This document shows, piece after piece, positions 1 to 10,735 of a stretch of 64,000 bases of DNA (the first letter of the stretch is position 1; every line of letters begins with the position of its first letter). The stretch lies in the NCBI GenBank assembly GCA_025603075.1, contig MU626305.1, positions 1 to 64,000 on the forward strand. Reading direction: 5' to 3'. Under the pieces are notes generated by a model. The model ran no database searches. It was not told where the DNA came from and was given only the letters and a program-made list of their open reading frames with translations. This DNA is from Neoconidiobolus thromboides FSU 785 (Eukaryota; Fungi; Entomophthoromycota). Both the position numbers and the translations under genes were made by a program.

Positions 1-295
1 ACAATTTTGATTGATATCAATGTAGGTATTATATTGGTAAAAGCCTTGCTAATTCGAAAATTTCTATTAAATTTAGTAGAAATTCAGCTAACTTAGACAT
101 CCCCATATTTATTGTAGTATTATAATATAAACCTATTAAAAATCAAATGATATTGCTTATATAAATCGATTTAAATAAAAAAGTCTTTAAAATTAACTTA
201 AACTTAACAGTTTTATTTTATTTTTATATTAAAGCTTATATCTATTGTTTAGTTTACTTTTTATTACCTTTATTTTTATTACTTTATACTTAAAT

Positions 296-397
296 ATATG
301 TGGATCTTTTTTTAGTTTTGTCGCTTTTTTTATTTTTTAAGGATTAAAGTGAAGAAATTATAGTAAAATTTTTGAACAAAAAAATACATCCCCGTAT
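296..397 (-). mobile_element. MITE-like ~105-bp repeat, degenerate copy, abutting the next copy head-to-head
   Basis: Reverse complement matches the family consensus; ends ...AAAAATACATCCCCGTAT at 397. Confidence 0.75.
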
Positions 398-500
398 AAA
401 GATGTGTTTTTTTGCTTAGGAATTTTACTAACAATCTTTCCACTCAAATAGTGCTTAAAAAATGGAAAAAATGATGGAGCCAAAAAAAAGATCCTCATAT
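395..500 (+). mobile_element. MITE-like ~105-bp repeat copy
   Basis: Contains the family core AATTTTACTAACAATCTTTCCACTCAAATAGTGCTTAAAAAATGGAAAAA; ends CCTCATAT. Confidence 0.8.
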
Positions 501-691
501 AATGCTCTATTGTATATATTTTCAGCTTTTTATTTTTTTAGTTATATTAGGGGGTATCTTAACTTCTATAGTTAGTTTTATAAATTCATTTAGCACTATA
601 AAAATTGGTTATTCTTTTGCTTGAAATCAACATATATATTGCTTTATATACTTAGTGTTTATTATTATTAGTAAATATCTGAGTATCTACT

Positions 692-797
692 ATATGGGGA
701 TGTATTTTTGTGCTTAAGAATTTTACTAACAAAATTTCCGCTTAAATAGCGCTTAAAAAATGAAAAAAATAATGAAGTCAAAAAAACACTCTCATAT
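692..797 (+). mobile_element. MITE-like ~105-bp repeat copy (well-conserved subfamily)
   Basis: ATATGGGGATGTATTTTTG...AAAAAACACTCTCATAT; about 7 differences from the copy at 61000. Confidence 0.9.
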
Positions 798-1059
798 TTT
801 ATCAGTCATATTATAAATCTATTATTTTCAATCTTTTTTCAATCCTATTTCCTAAGCAAACAGCTTTATTGATTAAAATAATAAAATGTATAAAGATAGG
901 CATCTTTAACTTAAAAAGCTTTAAACTTTCAATTTTTTATATGACATAATTTAAAAGTTACTTGTTTTTTAGATATTTAGTCCAAAGCACTCCCTTAAGG
1001 GGGCCAAAAAAATTATAGACCAAGACGACTTTTGTTAAGTAAAAATCAAAAACTTATGT

Positions 1060-2680
1060 TAAATGATAATTAGAGGAAAAATCAAAAAGTAGTTAATTTC
1101 CATCGTTAGAAAACATTTTGCAAGCAACTTCATTCCTTCTGAACAAGTGGTTCTCTTAGGGAATAGAGAATTATATATTAGTCAAGATTTTTTTAGCTAA
1201 AATGGTTCTAAGAAGAAAAGGTCTAGTGGATTTTATAAACTGATTTATAGTGATGAAAAGCTAAGGTTTTAGTGTCCTGTATATCCAACATTGTACTAAA
1301 CCCTACCAAAGACAATATAATAAATTCCAGATGTTAAACTAGGAAACTGATTTTTTTTGTCGAATCTTAGTCTAACTTGAACTAGTGGTATCTACTTTTT
1401 GTTATCTTTTCTTTTATTCACTTAGCTTTTCTTGTTTTAAATGAAGCAAACTTTGTATTCGAATAGGTAATCAAAAAAAGGTAAATCATTAAGTGGATAA
1501 TTAGGAGTTTAATCATACACACAAATGATAAACATTTATAAAAAATTAATTCTAAACAGCACTTGAATCATTTGGATTTGTTAAAACTATATTATAAGTA
1601 AACAAAAGGATTCAAAGCTTACGATAACCTCAAGGCTTTGTACTATCACGGGTAAATTATATTCATAAAAACATTAGTGTTTCTCAAGTTCCTATTGGTT
1701 TTTTGAATAGTAGTTTTATAAAGGTGCAGAATTACAGCAACGAGATGCTTACTATGTTATCTTCCTAATATTTTCCAGGTTAGTCACTTTTTAAACTTTG
1801 GTTTTTGTTTTATTGAAATAAATCTCTGCTTCATTTATTTTTGAACTTAGTACATTTAGAAAAATGACATTTGATAAAAATATTATTGTTATAAGCAACA
1901 GCATTATTATTATTCTAACATAAACTTATAGGTCTTATGGGAAATTCTAGCATATATGTATAGTTTTGAGATGGAAATTGCCTTTTTTGCGATAAATTAC
2001 TACTCTTTGGACTATTAACTTTTTGTACCTACATTGCTTAGATAAAATTTTCTTCATCTGTACTATATATTAAAAGACTATCCTTTAAATACGTCCAAAT
2101 AATCAAAGGAAAAGGTCGATATAAAACAAATTACTTTATATAATGGAGCTTTTTTATTCAATTTTAAGGATCAATCTATCAAGATATGGGGATGTATTTT
2201 TTCGTTTAAGAATTTTGCTAATAATCTTTCCACTCAAATAGTGCTTAAAAATGGAAAAAGTAATAAAGACAAAAAAAACATCTCCATATTTAAATACAAC
2301 TATTATAATTTTTTATGACTTTTTTAGTGCTAATTTTTATGAGCGAATTATAACCACTTTTAAGCCCTAGTTCATCATATTCCAATCAAACTTTTAAGAT
2401 AAAATTTGTTTCTAAATAAGTAGTTAATTAGGTCGCAAAAGAGCTGCAACAATTGTACCTTCTTTAATTTTATAGGCTGGTAATTTTATGAAGCTATTAA
2501 TTTATAAATCAATTTCCAGTATAAAACTAATATTTTAAAGTTTCCAGTGGTAGTACATAAGTATAAAAACACTATGACTATGAAGTTTGTTTCGAAAATT
2601 TGCCTGTATATAATTTACAAAATTTTAAATAAACGATTGGACTTATTACAATATAATGTTTGGCTATAAAGCCTATACCG
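1060..2680 (+). pseudogene. Heavily decayed Ty3/Gypsy LTR-retrotransposon pol relic (RT-RNaseH-integrase)
   Basis: Fragments broken by stops and frameshifts occur in Gypsy order. RT: SSGFYKL..DEK (1222), FQMLN, YLLFVIFS at the YLDD position (1389), HLAFLVLNEAN, LESF-GFV (1562), KAYDNLKAL (1614). RNaseH: FVLSR...VPIGFLNSS..QNYSNE (1688). Integrase: VPSLIL*AGNF, IKLIF, IMFGY (2454-2670). Motif similarity judged by eye. Confidence 0.6.
2184..2289 (+). mobile_element. MITE-like repeat copy inserted inside the Gypsy relic
   Basis: ATATGGGGATGTATTTTTTCG...AAAAAACATCTCCATAT. Confidence 0.9.
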
Positions 2681-2963
2681 AAAAAGTTGTATATAATTTG
2701 CTACTTAAATTATGATCAATAATGATTTTATATTTAAAAGGGGATTTTAATAATGGCTACGCTATACAATTAACCTAATAAGCCATTAAAAAGACTGAAA
2801 GTACACCAACTCGCCTTCTAACCTTGGATACTACTTTTTTATAGTAATAGACCATCTGGGTGGAACTATATCTGAAATTACACTATTTTCACTTATGATT
2901 TACACACTTTTATAAACACAAAAATACATCCCTTAATATTAGGTTTAATTACAAAATGTCCAC

Positions 2964-3053
2964 TTTTTAAGAATTTTACCAACAAATTTTCCGCTTAAAT
3001 GGCGCTTAGAAAATGGAAAAAATAATGAAGTCAAAAAAAACACTCTCAAATAT
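2964..3053 (+). mobile_element. 5'-truncated MITE-like copy; a separate terminal fragment lies at 2914-2939
   Basis: TTTAAGAATTTTACCAACAAATTTTCCGCTTAAATGGCGC...CACTCTCAAATAT. Confidence 0.8.
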
Positions 3054-4275
3054 TGAGTTTGAATTTCTGAAGTGCTGCTGGTTTTTAAAATTAACTAATA
3101 CTTTATTGTGGTTTTTGTTAAGCCAATAATGATAAATTTCGTTATAATAAAGCCTTTTTGTTTTCATATCATCATATATATAGATTATTGTTATATTTAT
3201 TTTTCATACAATTTTTAATTTGAAACAAAATAATTACTATGAGTTAAAATATCACTTTGAGCATGAATTTTGTGGAAAAGTTCAATTAATATTTGAATTT
3301 GGAAACTGTTAAGCATTAGACTGATATAAAAATTTAGATATTAAAAAGGGATGACTATTTGGTTATTTAATCAAAAAATAAAGTTGGGTACAGAATGCTT
3401 GGTTTATTTTTAAAATGGCAAACTTTCTACTTTATTAAAAAGATTAAAAATTAAATACCCCTTTATAAGCATGTTTTTTCAACTCAGCAAACTAATATTA
3501 TTATTGTTTTATTTAGAACATGAATTTTATCAATAATTATTATTTTAAGGTTAATATTTAGTCACTTGAAAATATTTAATTTATTTTTATGGGCATTTTA
3601 TGAAAGGGATGGCAATATCGGATTTATCTATATTTAGTAAGGTTCTATTTTATTTAGAATTAGTTTGGGAATATTTTGGTTTTAAACTTCTCCTTTATAG
3701 TGAAAAAATAAACTAAAGCTTTATCGAACTTGATATGATAGCAAAAGCAAAAACACAGATAAAATGGGTGTTTTAAGGTAAGAAAAACTTGATGTTTACT
3801 TTTCGAATAACGCCCACTTTTAAATGAAGGTAGAAGACAAAACTCAATTTGATAAGAATATTAAAAGGAGAAATATTAAGATGCTCTTGTTTCATTTTTC
3901 GACCATTTTTAATATAGCCAAGTTATTTTTAGCCGTGTTACATAAAAAAGGTATTTCCTTATATAATTTCATCTTCAAAAAGGGGGGTCTTTACCATAAA
4001 TTTCACAATATCAAAGTGCATAAAATAATTATAAACAAAGTCTCTTAGTTTGGATTTTATCTGACCTTTTAGACTTGGTCCTTCTGCTCAGGTAGAACAT
4101 CCATTTAGTTTTTGTTTTGTCCCAATAAAATATTTGAAGTTTAAGTTTACGAATTTCTGCAAAAAGCAATCTTTTATTTATAGTATCAATTTATTTTGTT
4201 AAAACTTTTTTAATTCTCAAGTAATAAAAAACAAATAATTTTATTTCATATATTAATAAACTGGCTAACAAAATC

Positions 4276-4617
4276 TCAAATTGAGACTAATGTTTTTTCT
4301 TTTCTACGTTGGTTTTGAAACCAAATTTGGATTTTTCTTTCACTCAAGTTTAAAGCATTAGATAACCAAATCCTTTCTTTTTTAGTAGGGTAGTGGTTCT
4401 CTTTATAGAAATCAAACAACATGCTTTCTTGGTGCCTCGATTTACGTACTCTTAAATTCGTATATATATTTATTATGTTTTCGCTACTGCTGCTAGTCAA
4501 GTAATCGCTACTTTTGTTAAATAAGGCATTATCGGATTTATTATTTGAAGAATCGTTATTTAGTATATCATAAAACAATTCATTAATACTTGGCAACTTA
4601 ACATTATAGGTTTTCAT
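4276..4617 (-). CDS. Small intronless homeodomain protein (113 aa)
   Basis: First ATG at 4617; homeodomain RVRKSRHQESML...YPTKKER..LS..LNLSERKIQIWFQNQR; N-terminal LPSI motif. Confidence 0.9.
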   Translation of the reverse strand: MKTYNVKLPSINELFYDILNNDSSNNKSDNALFNKSSDYLTSSSSENIINIYTNLRVRKSRHQESMLFDFYKENHYPTKKERIWLSNALNLSERKIQIWFQNQRRKEKTLVSI

Positions 4618-6388
4618 TATTATTCTAAATTTTGTTTTTCTCAAAAATATCTTTTTATATATATTTCAGTATTCGTAACTACAATTCTATTTAAATGATA
4701 CCCCATTTTATAATTTATAAATTACTTCAACTTGATTTAATTTAGCTAGACTGTATTTTACGAAGTATGTAACTATGATTATTGAATTCAATAATGAGTT
4801 AAGTCCCCTTAATCTAAGATTAAGCTATCTATTTATACCTTTAGATTAATTTCTGAGTAATAGAAACTTCTAGTAATATTATTTCTGTTGTAGAAGCCTG
4901 AATTATATCTAAGCTTCTGAGTAAAACTATTTAACGTTATCTTTATAGTATTGCAAATAGTTATTTTATTTTTAACACTGAGATCATTTTTCACACTCAC
5001 TATTTTTTATTTACTCCTTTTATTATATCACCTTATTTAAATATCTTTAAATCACTTGAGATATTCGATCTCAACATAACAAAGTTACACCTTTGGCTTA
5101 TATAAATGACTAAGTAGGACCATTGAAAAAAGATGTCATTATTATCATAGTTAAGATACAACATTCTATTACTTTTTGGCTTATTAATATAATAAATTTG
5201 CTTTTTAAATGGGGTCATTTGAGCAGGGATACTAAATCGAACTTTTTCTGAGAGACTTATTCTATAAAAATAATTTTTAAAAAGCTTTCCGTTTATATAC
5301 TGCCTTTATACAAAAATTCCGACTTAAAAGTCCCGTTTCTAAAATGATAATATAATTTTATAATTGTTTTGAGTTGTACAATTATTAGCAGACATTATAC
5401 TAATAACATTATTACGAGTTGATTAAAATTATCGTAAAAAACTATTTAATTTACAACTATTTTATAATATATAATTTAGCTTTATAAATAGTTAAATTCG
5501 ATTAGCTCATGTTATATATTAACATTAATTAAAGTTTAATAATACCAATTTAAATAAAACATGGTTTGAAATATTATTTTGGGAATAAATTTTAAAAGTA
5601 ACAGTTAAAGGTTGCAATCTCGAATCAGAACTGAGATTCACTTGTAAAAAGTAATCGCCTTTTTTAAAACTAAAGATTTTATTTTTATATACTGCTTTAA
5701 AGCAAAAAATATTATTATTCAATTTTTTGGGTTTACAGGTGTGTATTTTAAATTGCTAAAATATATATAGGAAGATCCCGAGATATCAAAAGGGGTAGTT
5801 AAATATTAATTTTACATTCAATGGTGGAATTTAACTTGATCTAGATCAGATGCTTAATCTCCCCCTTTCTTTTGATTTATCACTTTAGCATACAGCTGTT
5901 GCAACTTTGTTCTAACTTTGTTAACTGCTCATTTAATAATAAAATTTTGCTTAAGCTAGGCTGAAATCTACAGACTAGACTTTAAAAAAACCTTATACTA
6001 GATAACTGACTAAAATTACTGCAAATTAAGTCGGAATAGAATTGGAGAAGCTATATTTGACTATATAATAATTTTTAGAACCAATAATGTATACATTTAA
6101 GTGTAACCTATCATAAACAAATAAAAAATAAACAGGGATTTAGAATTTATATTTGAAAGATTTTAGACGCAAATTGTCAAAAGGCAGATATAGAAATCAT
6201 TAATTTTATAATTACAATTTTAAATTTATTAAAAAAAGTTAACCTGTATAATAGTACTTAATATAAAAATAATGTATTTTTAATAGTATATATAATATCA
6301 AAATAAAGAACGGAAATTAATTAAAAAATTAGCTGGCCTATTTAAAGCTTATGAAGATCATAAAAAATAAAAGGTTAACTAGAATAGC

Positions 6389-6814
6389 TTATAGAGGAAG
6401 GGATTGAAAATTCCTTAATAGTTTAACTTTTTGTCTTTGGTTCTGGAACCAGATTTGAATTTTACGTACAGGCAATGAAAGTTTTTCGGACAACCTTTTC
6501 CTTAAAACCTTATCTGGAAATGGTGTTCTTTGAAACACTTGGTATAATATATCTTCTTGCTCTTTAGATTTACGTATTCTATAGCTGACATTTCTCATTT
6601 TGTTATCGGCAGCACCATTTTGATTATAATTATTGTTTATTCCAGCATAATAATATCTTGGAGGTGAAAAAGTATCATTTGCACTAATAATGGTATTATC
6701 TGTTGAGCTGCAACTATTTGCGCTATTATCTACCAAAACAATTTTTGGGCCAGGTAATAAAAAATCTCCAAACACATCTTTTAAGCTAGGAAGAATCACT
6801 CCACTCTTGTTCAT
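6389..6814 (-). CDS. Small intronless homeodomain protein (141 aa), paralog of 4276-4617
   Basis: Homeodomain RIRKSKEQEDIL...FPDKVLR..LS..LSLPVRKIQIWFQNQR; N-terminal LPSL motif. Confidence 0.92.
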   Translation of the reverse strand: MNKSGVILPSLKDVFGDFLLPGPKIVLVDNSANSCSSTDNTIISANDTFSPPRYYYAGINNNYNQNGAADNKMRNVSYRIRKSKEQEDILYQVFQRTPFPDKVLRKRLSEKLSLPVRKIQIWFQNQRQKVKLLRNFQSLPL

Positions 6815-8609
6815 ATTACCGCCAAATTTTATTTATGTCAATAAAGATCAGTAAAGAAAGATTATATATTTATTATCTTTTTAATGATTTTTCTGCTATT
6901 TTATTTACTATTTATACTTTTTTCAATTATTATTTTATAGTAAAAAAGTGCTGAGTTTAATTTTTGAATTTCCACCCCTTCTGTAAAGATTGTTCAACCC
7001 CTTTATTTCGTAATACTAAATCTGGGTTATAGAGTGCTGAAATCTAGTCAATTCTCCATACTTTATTAACCCCCTCACCCATCTAGTTCACTATAATAGT
7101 TTTAATCAATGCAAATTGAACATATTTTTATCTAATAATCAATTATAAAAACAATATCGTTTATTAAACTCAAAAGCAATACTAATGAAGATAAAAATAA
7201 ATATTTATTATGTTTATTCTTTACTTAATAGCAAGCTTGTCTTTTATTTATAAAATAGTGTAAGTAGTAGTTAAGAATAAATAGGAGAATTGATTCATTA
7301 AATAAGGGATACGTAATGTGGTTACATAGTGTGATTATATAAGTTACAAATTTAGGTAAATTTTTATTTAAAAATAATGTTATATATTTTATCAACTGAT
7401 TTTAATTAACATCACTTCTAAACCATCTTCAATTGAATTAAAATTATCTATTTCGAATAACTGAGTTTAAAATATACCATATATTAAACATGATATACCA
7501 ATTATTATGTGCTATCTTTAGCATCTTGAATCTTATTAGCATAAAAAATAATTTATAAAAAATAAATAAATTAGGTTTTAACAAAGTAAATGAATTCAAA
7601 AAAATAGTGTACACATCCTTTTCTACTATTTCTATTCTAAATAAGAAATATAAATAAATAACGGAATAAATGTAATTTATGTGAACTTAGCCTTATTTAT
7701 TTATATCTACCTAAAACTCCCTTTTATTCTACTTATTTTTATAAATCAATATTAAATTTTAAGCTTAAGTATCAACCCCATATTATTGCAAAATAAATCT
7801 GGTAAAGATACACATTAAAGTAATGGCTATTTTTAATTAATTACGATTGGTTATCTATGGAAGATTTATCCAATCATTTTATTTACAATAAAAATAGGGT
7901 TGTAAATTTAACCCTTAATAAAATTTTATTAATTATTTTAACGAATTTGCACACTTGACAGCCCTGAATAAAGGTTCAAAAATATTAATAATATAAGGCA
8001 GTTAAGACATTAAAAAAAGCTATTTTTTATTACGAAAATACTAATTTCTATCAATAAATTTTTTAAAAACCTCGAATCTGATGGACAAGTGTGTCATTGA
8101 ATTAAAATTAGCTTATGAACAATGTGTTTCTTGGAATAAACATTATTGAAAATTATGTTTAGATTTGATATCAAAATTTATATAAACAGCTATTCAAACT
8201 AAAACAATAGAATGCTTTATTGCATAGAATAAGGTTAACTAGCAAGTCTAAGAAAAAATAATTTTTTCTATGTTGATATATAGCTTAACCAGATGGTGCA
8301 TCACCTGATTGAGTTCTGTTTAAATAAAGTAGTAGAGGAGTATATTAAAAAATATGAATATGTTTTTTTGTCTAATAGGAGTTTTAGAAAAATGCCTTTT
8401 TTTAAAAAAAGGATGTAATACACAAGGGTATAGTTAATCTCGCTTTTTCTTTAAATTCCTATTTACTGTCTATTAAATAAACCACTTGAGGATTTTCCCC
8501 TTCAAAGAATATAATAAAAAAGTCAATATCATAATTACATTGATATCAAAGCTTGATAAGTTTCTTATCAACAATAAAATACTTCACTATTACAGTTTTA
8601 TCAAATACC

Positions 8610-8716
8610 ACATGGGGATGTATTTTTTGTTTAAGAATTCTACTAACAACCTTTCTGCCTAAATAGTGCTTAAAAAAAATGGAAAAAGTGATAAAGCCAA
8701 AAAAAATCCTCGAATG
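8610..8716 (+). mobile_element. MITE-like repeat copy
   Basis: ACATGGGGATGTATTTTTTGTTTAAGAATTC...; right end degenerate. Confidence 0.85.
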
Positions 8717-8768
8717 ATAAATTTAAAATTAAATCAAAGTGGTATAAATTAAAAATAAAAATAAAAAT

Positions 8769-8948
8769 AAAATAAAATTTCTGTTTATTTTTTTAGCAAA
8801 TTTATAATTTTTACTTTTAGGATTAAATAGTAAATTATCATACTAATAATAATTACGAAATATAATAGTTTTAATTATTAATAAAATAAAAACAGAGTAA
8901 ATTTTAGAAAAATTACTTAATTTTAAAATAACAGAACTTTTTTATTTT
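8769..8948. repeat. AT-rich segment bounded by ~23-bp imperfect inverted repeats, between two inverted MITE copies
   Basis: Left arm AAAATAAAATTTCTGTTTATTTT (8769-8791); right arm AAAATAACAGAACTTTTTTATTTT (8925-8948). Confidence 0.4.
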
Positions 8949-8951
8949 TAA

Positions 8952-9056
8952 ATATGGGGGTGTTTTTTTGGCTTTATCACTTTTTCCATTTTTTAAGCGC
9001 TGTTTGAGCAGAAAAACTATTAATAAAATTATTAAACACAAAAATACATCCCCATA
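8952..9056 (-). mobile_element. MITE-like repeat copy
   Basis: ATATGGGGGTGTTTTTTTGG...AAACACAAAAATACATCCCCATAT. Confidence 0.9.
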
Positions 9057-9180
9057 TTATTTTTTGATTAAAATATTAAATCTATTAAAATATTTATTTT
9101 TGTTTTGATAAAACATAATGTAGACTATATAATAATAAATATAACTACTGATTAAATAATCTAATATTTTATAAAAAATA

Positions 9181-9285
9181 ATATAGGGATGTTTTTTTGA
9201 TTTCATTACTTTTCTATCTTTTAAGTATTATTTGAGTGGGAAAATTGTTAGTAAAATCCTTAAACATAAAAATACATCCCTATAT
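9181..9285 (-). mobile_element. MITE-like repeat copy
   Basis: ATATAGGGATGTTTTTTTGA...AAAAATACATCCCTATAT. Confidence 0.88.
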
Positions 9286-9699
9286 ACTTATTATTATTTT
9301 TTTTTTTAATTTTTTTTTAACAAGTTAACTTTGTGAAATCTGATGCTCAGTAGTTAGAGTTAAAGGGTCTTAATTTATATAACCAAAATAAAATTTAATT
9401 ATAAAAGATAACATGGAATAAGTTATAGATTATATAAAACAAATAGAAGAAAAGAAATTATCATAAAACTTACATAAAGTATTATTAGATAAACTTAATA
9501 GCTTTATTAAAAATATGGTATCAAAAAAAGTAATTCAATTAAAAAGGTTTAACTTATTGTATTAAAAGACATGATAATTGTTATTTTTTGTCATAGTTAC
9601 CAAGTATAAATATCAAAAAAGACAATATTCTTTATTAAATAATATAAATTATTATAATAAACCAAAATGAAGAGCTTTAAATTGACTATGCTATATAAA

Positions 9700-9805
9700 A
9701 TATGGGAATGTTTTTTTAATTTCATTGTTTTTTCCATTTTTTAAGCGCTATTTAAATGGAAATTTTGTTAGTAGAATTGTTAAACACAAAAACACGCCCT
9801 CATAT
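9700..9805 (-). mobile_element. MITE-like repeat copy
   Basis: ATATGGGAATGTTTTTTT...AAACACAAAAACACGCCCTCATAT. Confidence 0.88.
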
Positions 9806-9971
9806 AGTTAAATTAGTTACAGGACTGTAACTAGTTCTATAAACAAGCTAATCAAGTTATTATAGCGTAATTAGTCATAGAGCTGATAAAGCAATATTTT
9901 GTAATTACTTAAACTATTGATAGCTAAATCAATAAATGGTTAAAAAAACAAGTAGTTATAATAATAATAAT

Positions 9972-10077
9972 AATTGGGGATGTATTTTTTCGTTTAAGAA
10001 TTTTGCTAATAATCTCTCCACTGGAATAGTGCTTAAAAATGGAAAAAGTAGTAAAGCCAAAAAAAACATCTCCATAT
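9972..10077 (+). mobile_element. MITE-like repeat copy
   Basis: AATTGGGGATGTATTTTTTCG...AAAAAACATCTCCATAT; very similar to the copy at 2184. Confidence 0.9.
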
Positions 10078-10204
10078 TATATAGTTATTAAACATTTAAC
10101 AAAAATAGTATAAAGTATATAATTAAAAATATCAACTATTTAAAAAGATGACTTAACTAAAACTAATAATAATAATGATAAAATATTTTACCCTAAATAA
10201 GAAT

Positions 10205-10307
10205 ATATGAGGATGTTTTATTTTATCTTATCACTTTCTTCATTTTTGAATGCTATTCAAATAGAAAGATTATCAGTAAATTTTTTGAAAAAATACACCC
10301 TTACATA
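10205..10307 (-). mobile_element. Degenerate MITE-like repeat copy
   Basis: ATATGAGGATGTTTT...AAAAAATACACCCTTACAT. Confidence 0.7.
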
Positions 10308-10735
10308 CCAATAGGCATAGATAAAGTTTATTAGTTAAATCAATATTTTTAAAAAAGTTAAATTATTTTAGGCTATTAAATAGTTTAAAAAAATACTTGA
10401 GTTTTTCAAATAGCGACTAGTTACCTAATAAATAAACTTAATAATCTATTTTTCAATACATGGCTTGTATATAAGTTTAATTTTAAAATGTTATGATTAC
10501 GTTCTTTTATTAAAAATTTAACTAGTAAGTTTTTAAAATTAGGCTTTCTAAAGTGGACAAAATAATGAGATAAAGGGTAAAGCTTTTAATTTTGGTTCAA
10601 TGTTTTAAGTTTGAGATAGTGATATCATAAGCTCAAACTTATTTTAAGTCACATTAAAATATCCAATAAAAAATAAGTATGGGATCATTATATTAGCATC
10701 TAAAATGAGTTAAAACTTTATAGCTTTGTAAAAAA

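Noticed and set aside
3824-4048. 74-aa ORF on the plus strand
   Set aside because: Low-complexity AT-rich translation with no motif; lies in the 3' flank of the homeobox gene. The same applies to 5033-5218 and 5525-5722.
4276-6814. Homeobox pair as an HD1/HD2 mating-type locus
   Set aside because: Same orientation, both typical non-TALE homeodomains of one subtype, and no dimerisation-length N-termini.
8290-8420. DGASPD string resembling Tc1/mariner DDE motifs
   Set aside because: Two short motifs overlap in the wrong spacing, with immediate stops and no supporting context.
9343-9400. GCTCAGTAGTTAGAG resembling a tRNA D-arm (also GCTGGTATAGCTTAAT at 31751)
   Set aside because: No T-arm (GTTCRA) and no acceptor-stem pairing.
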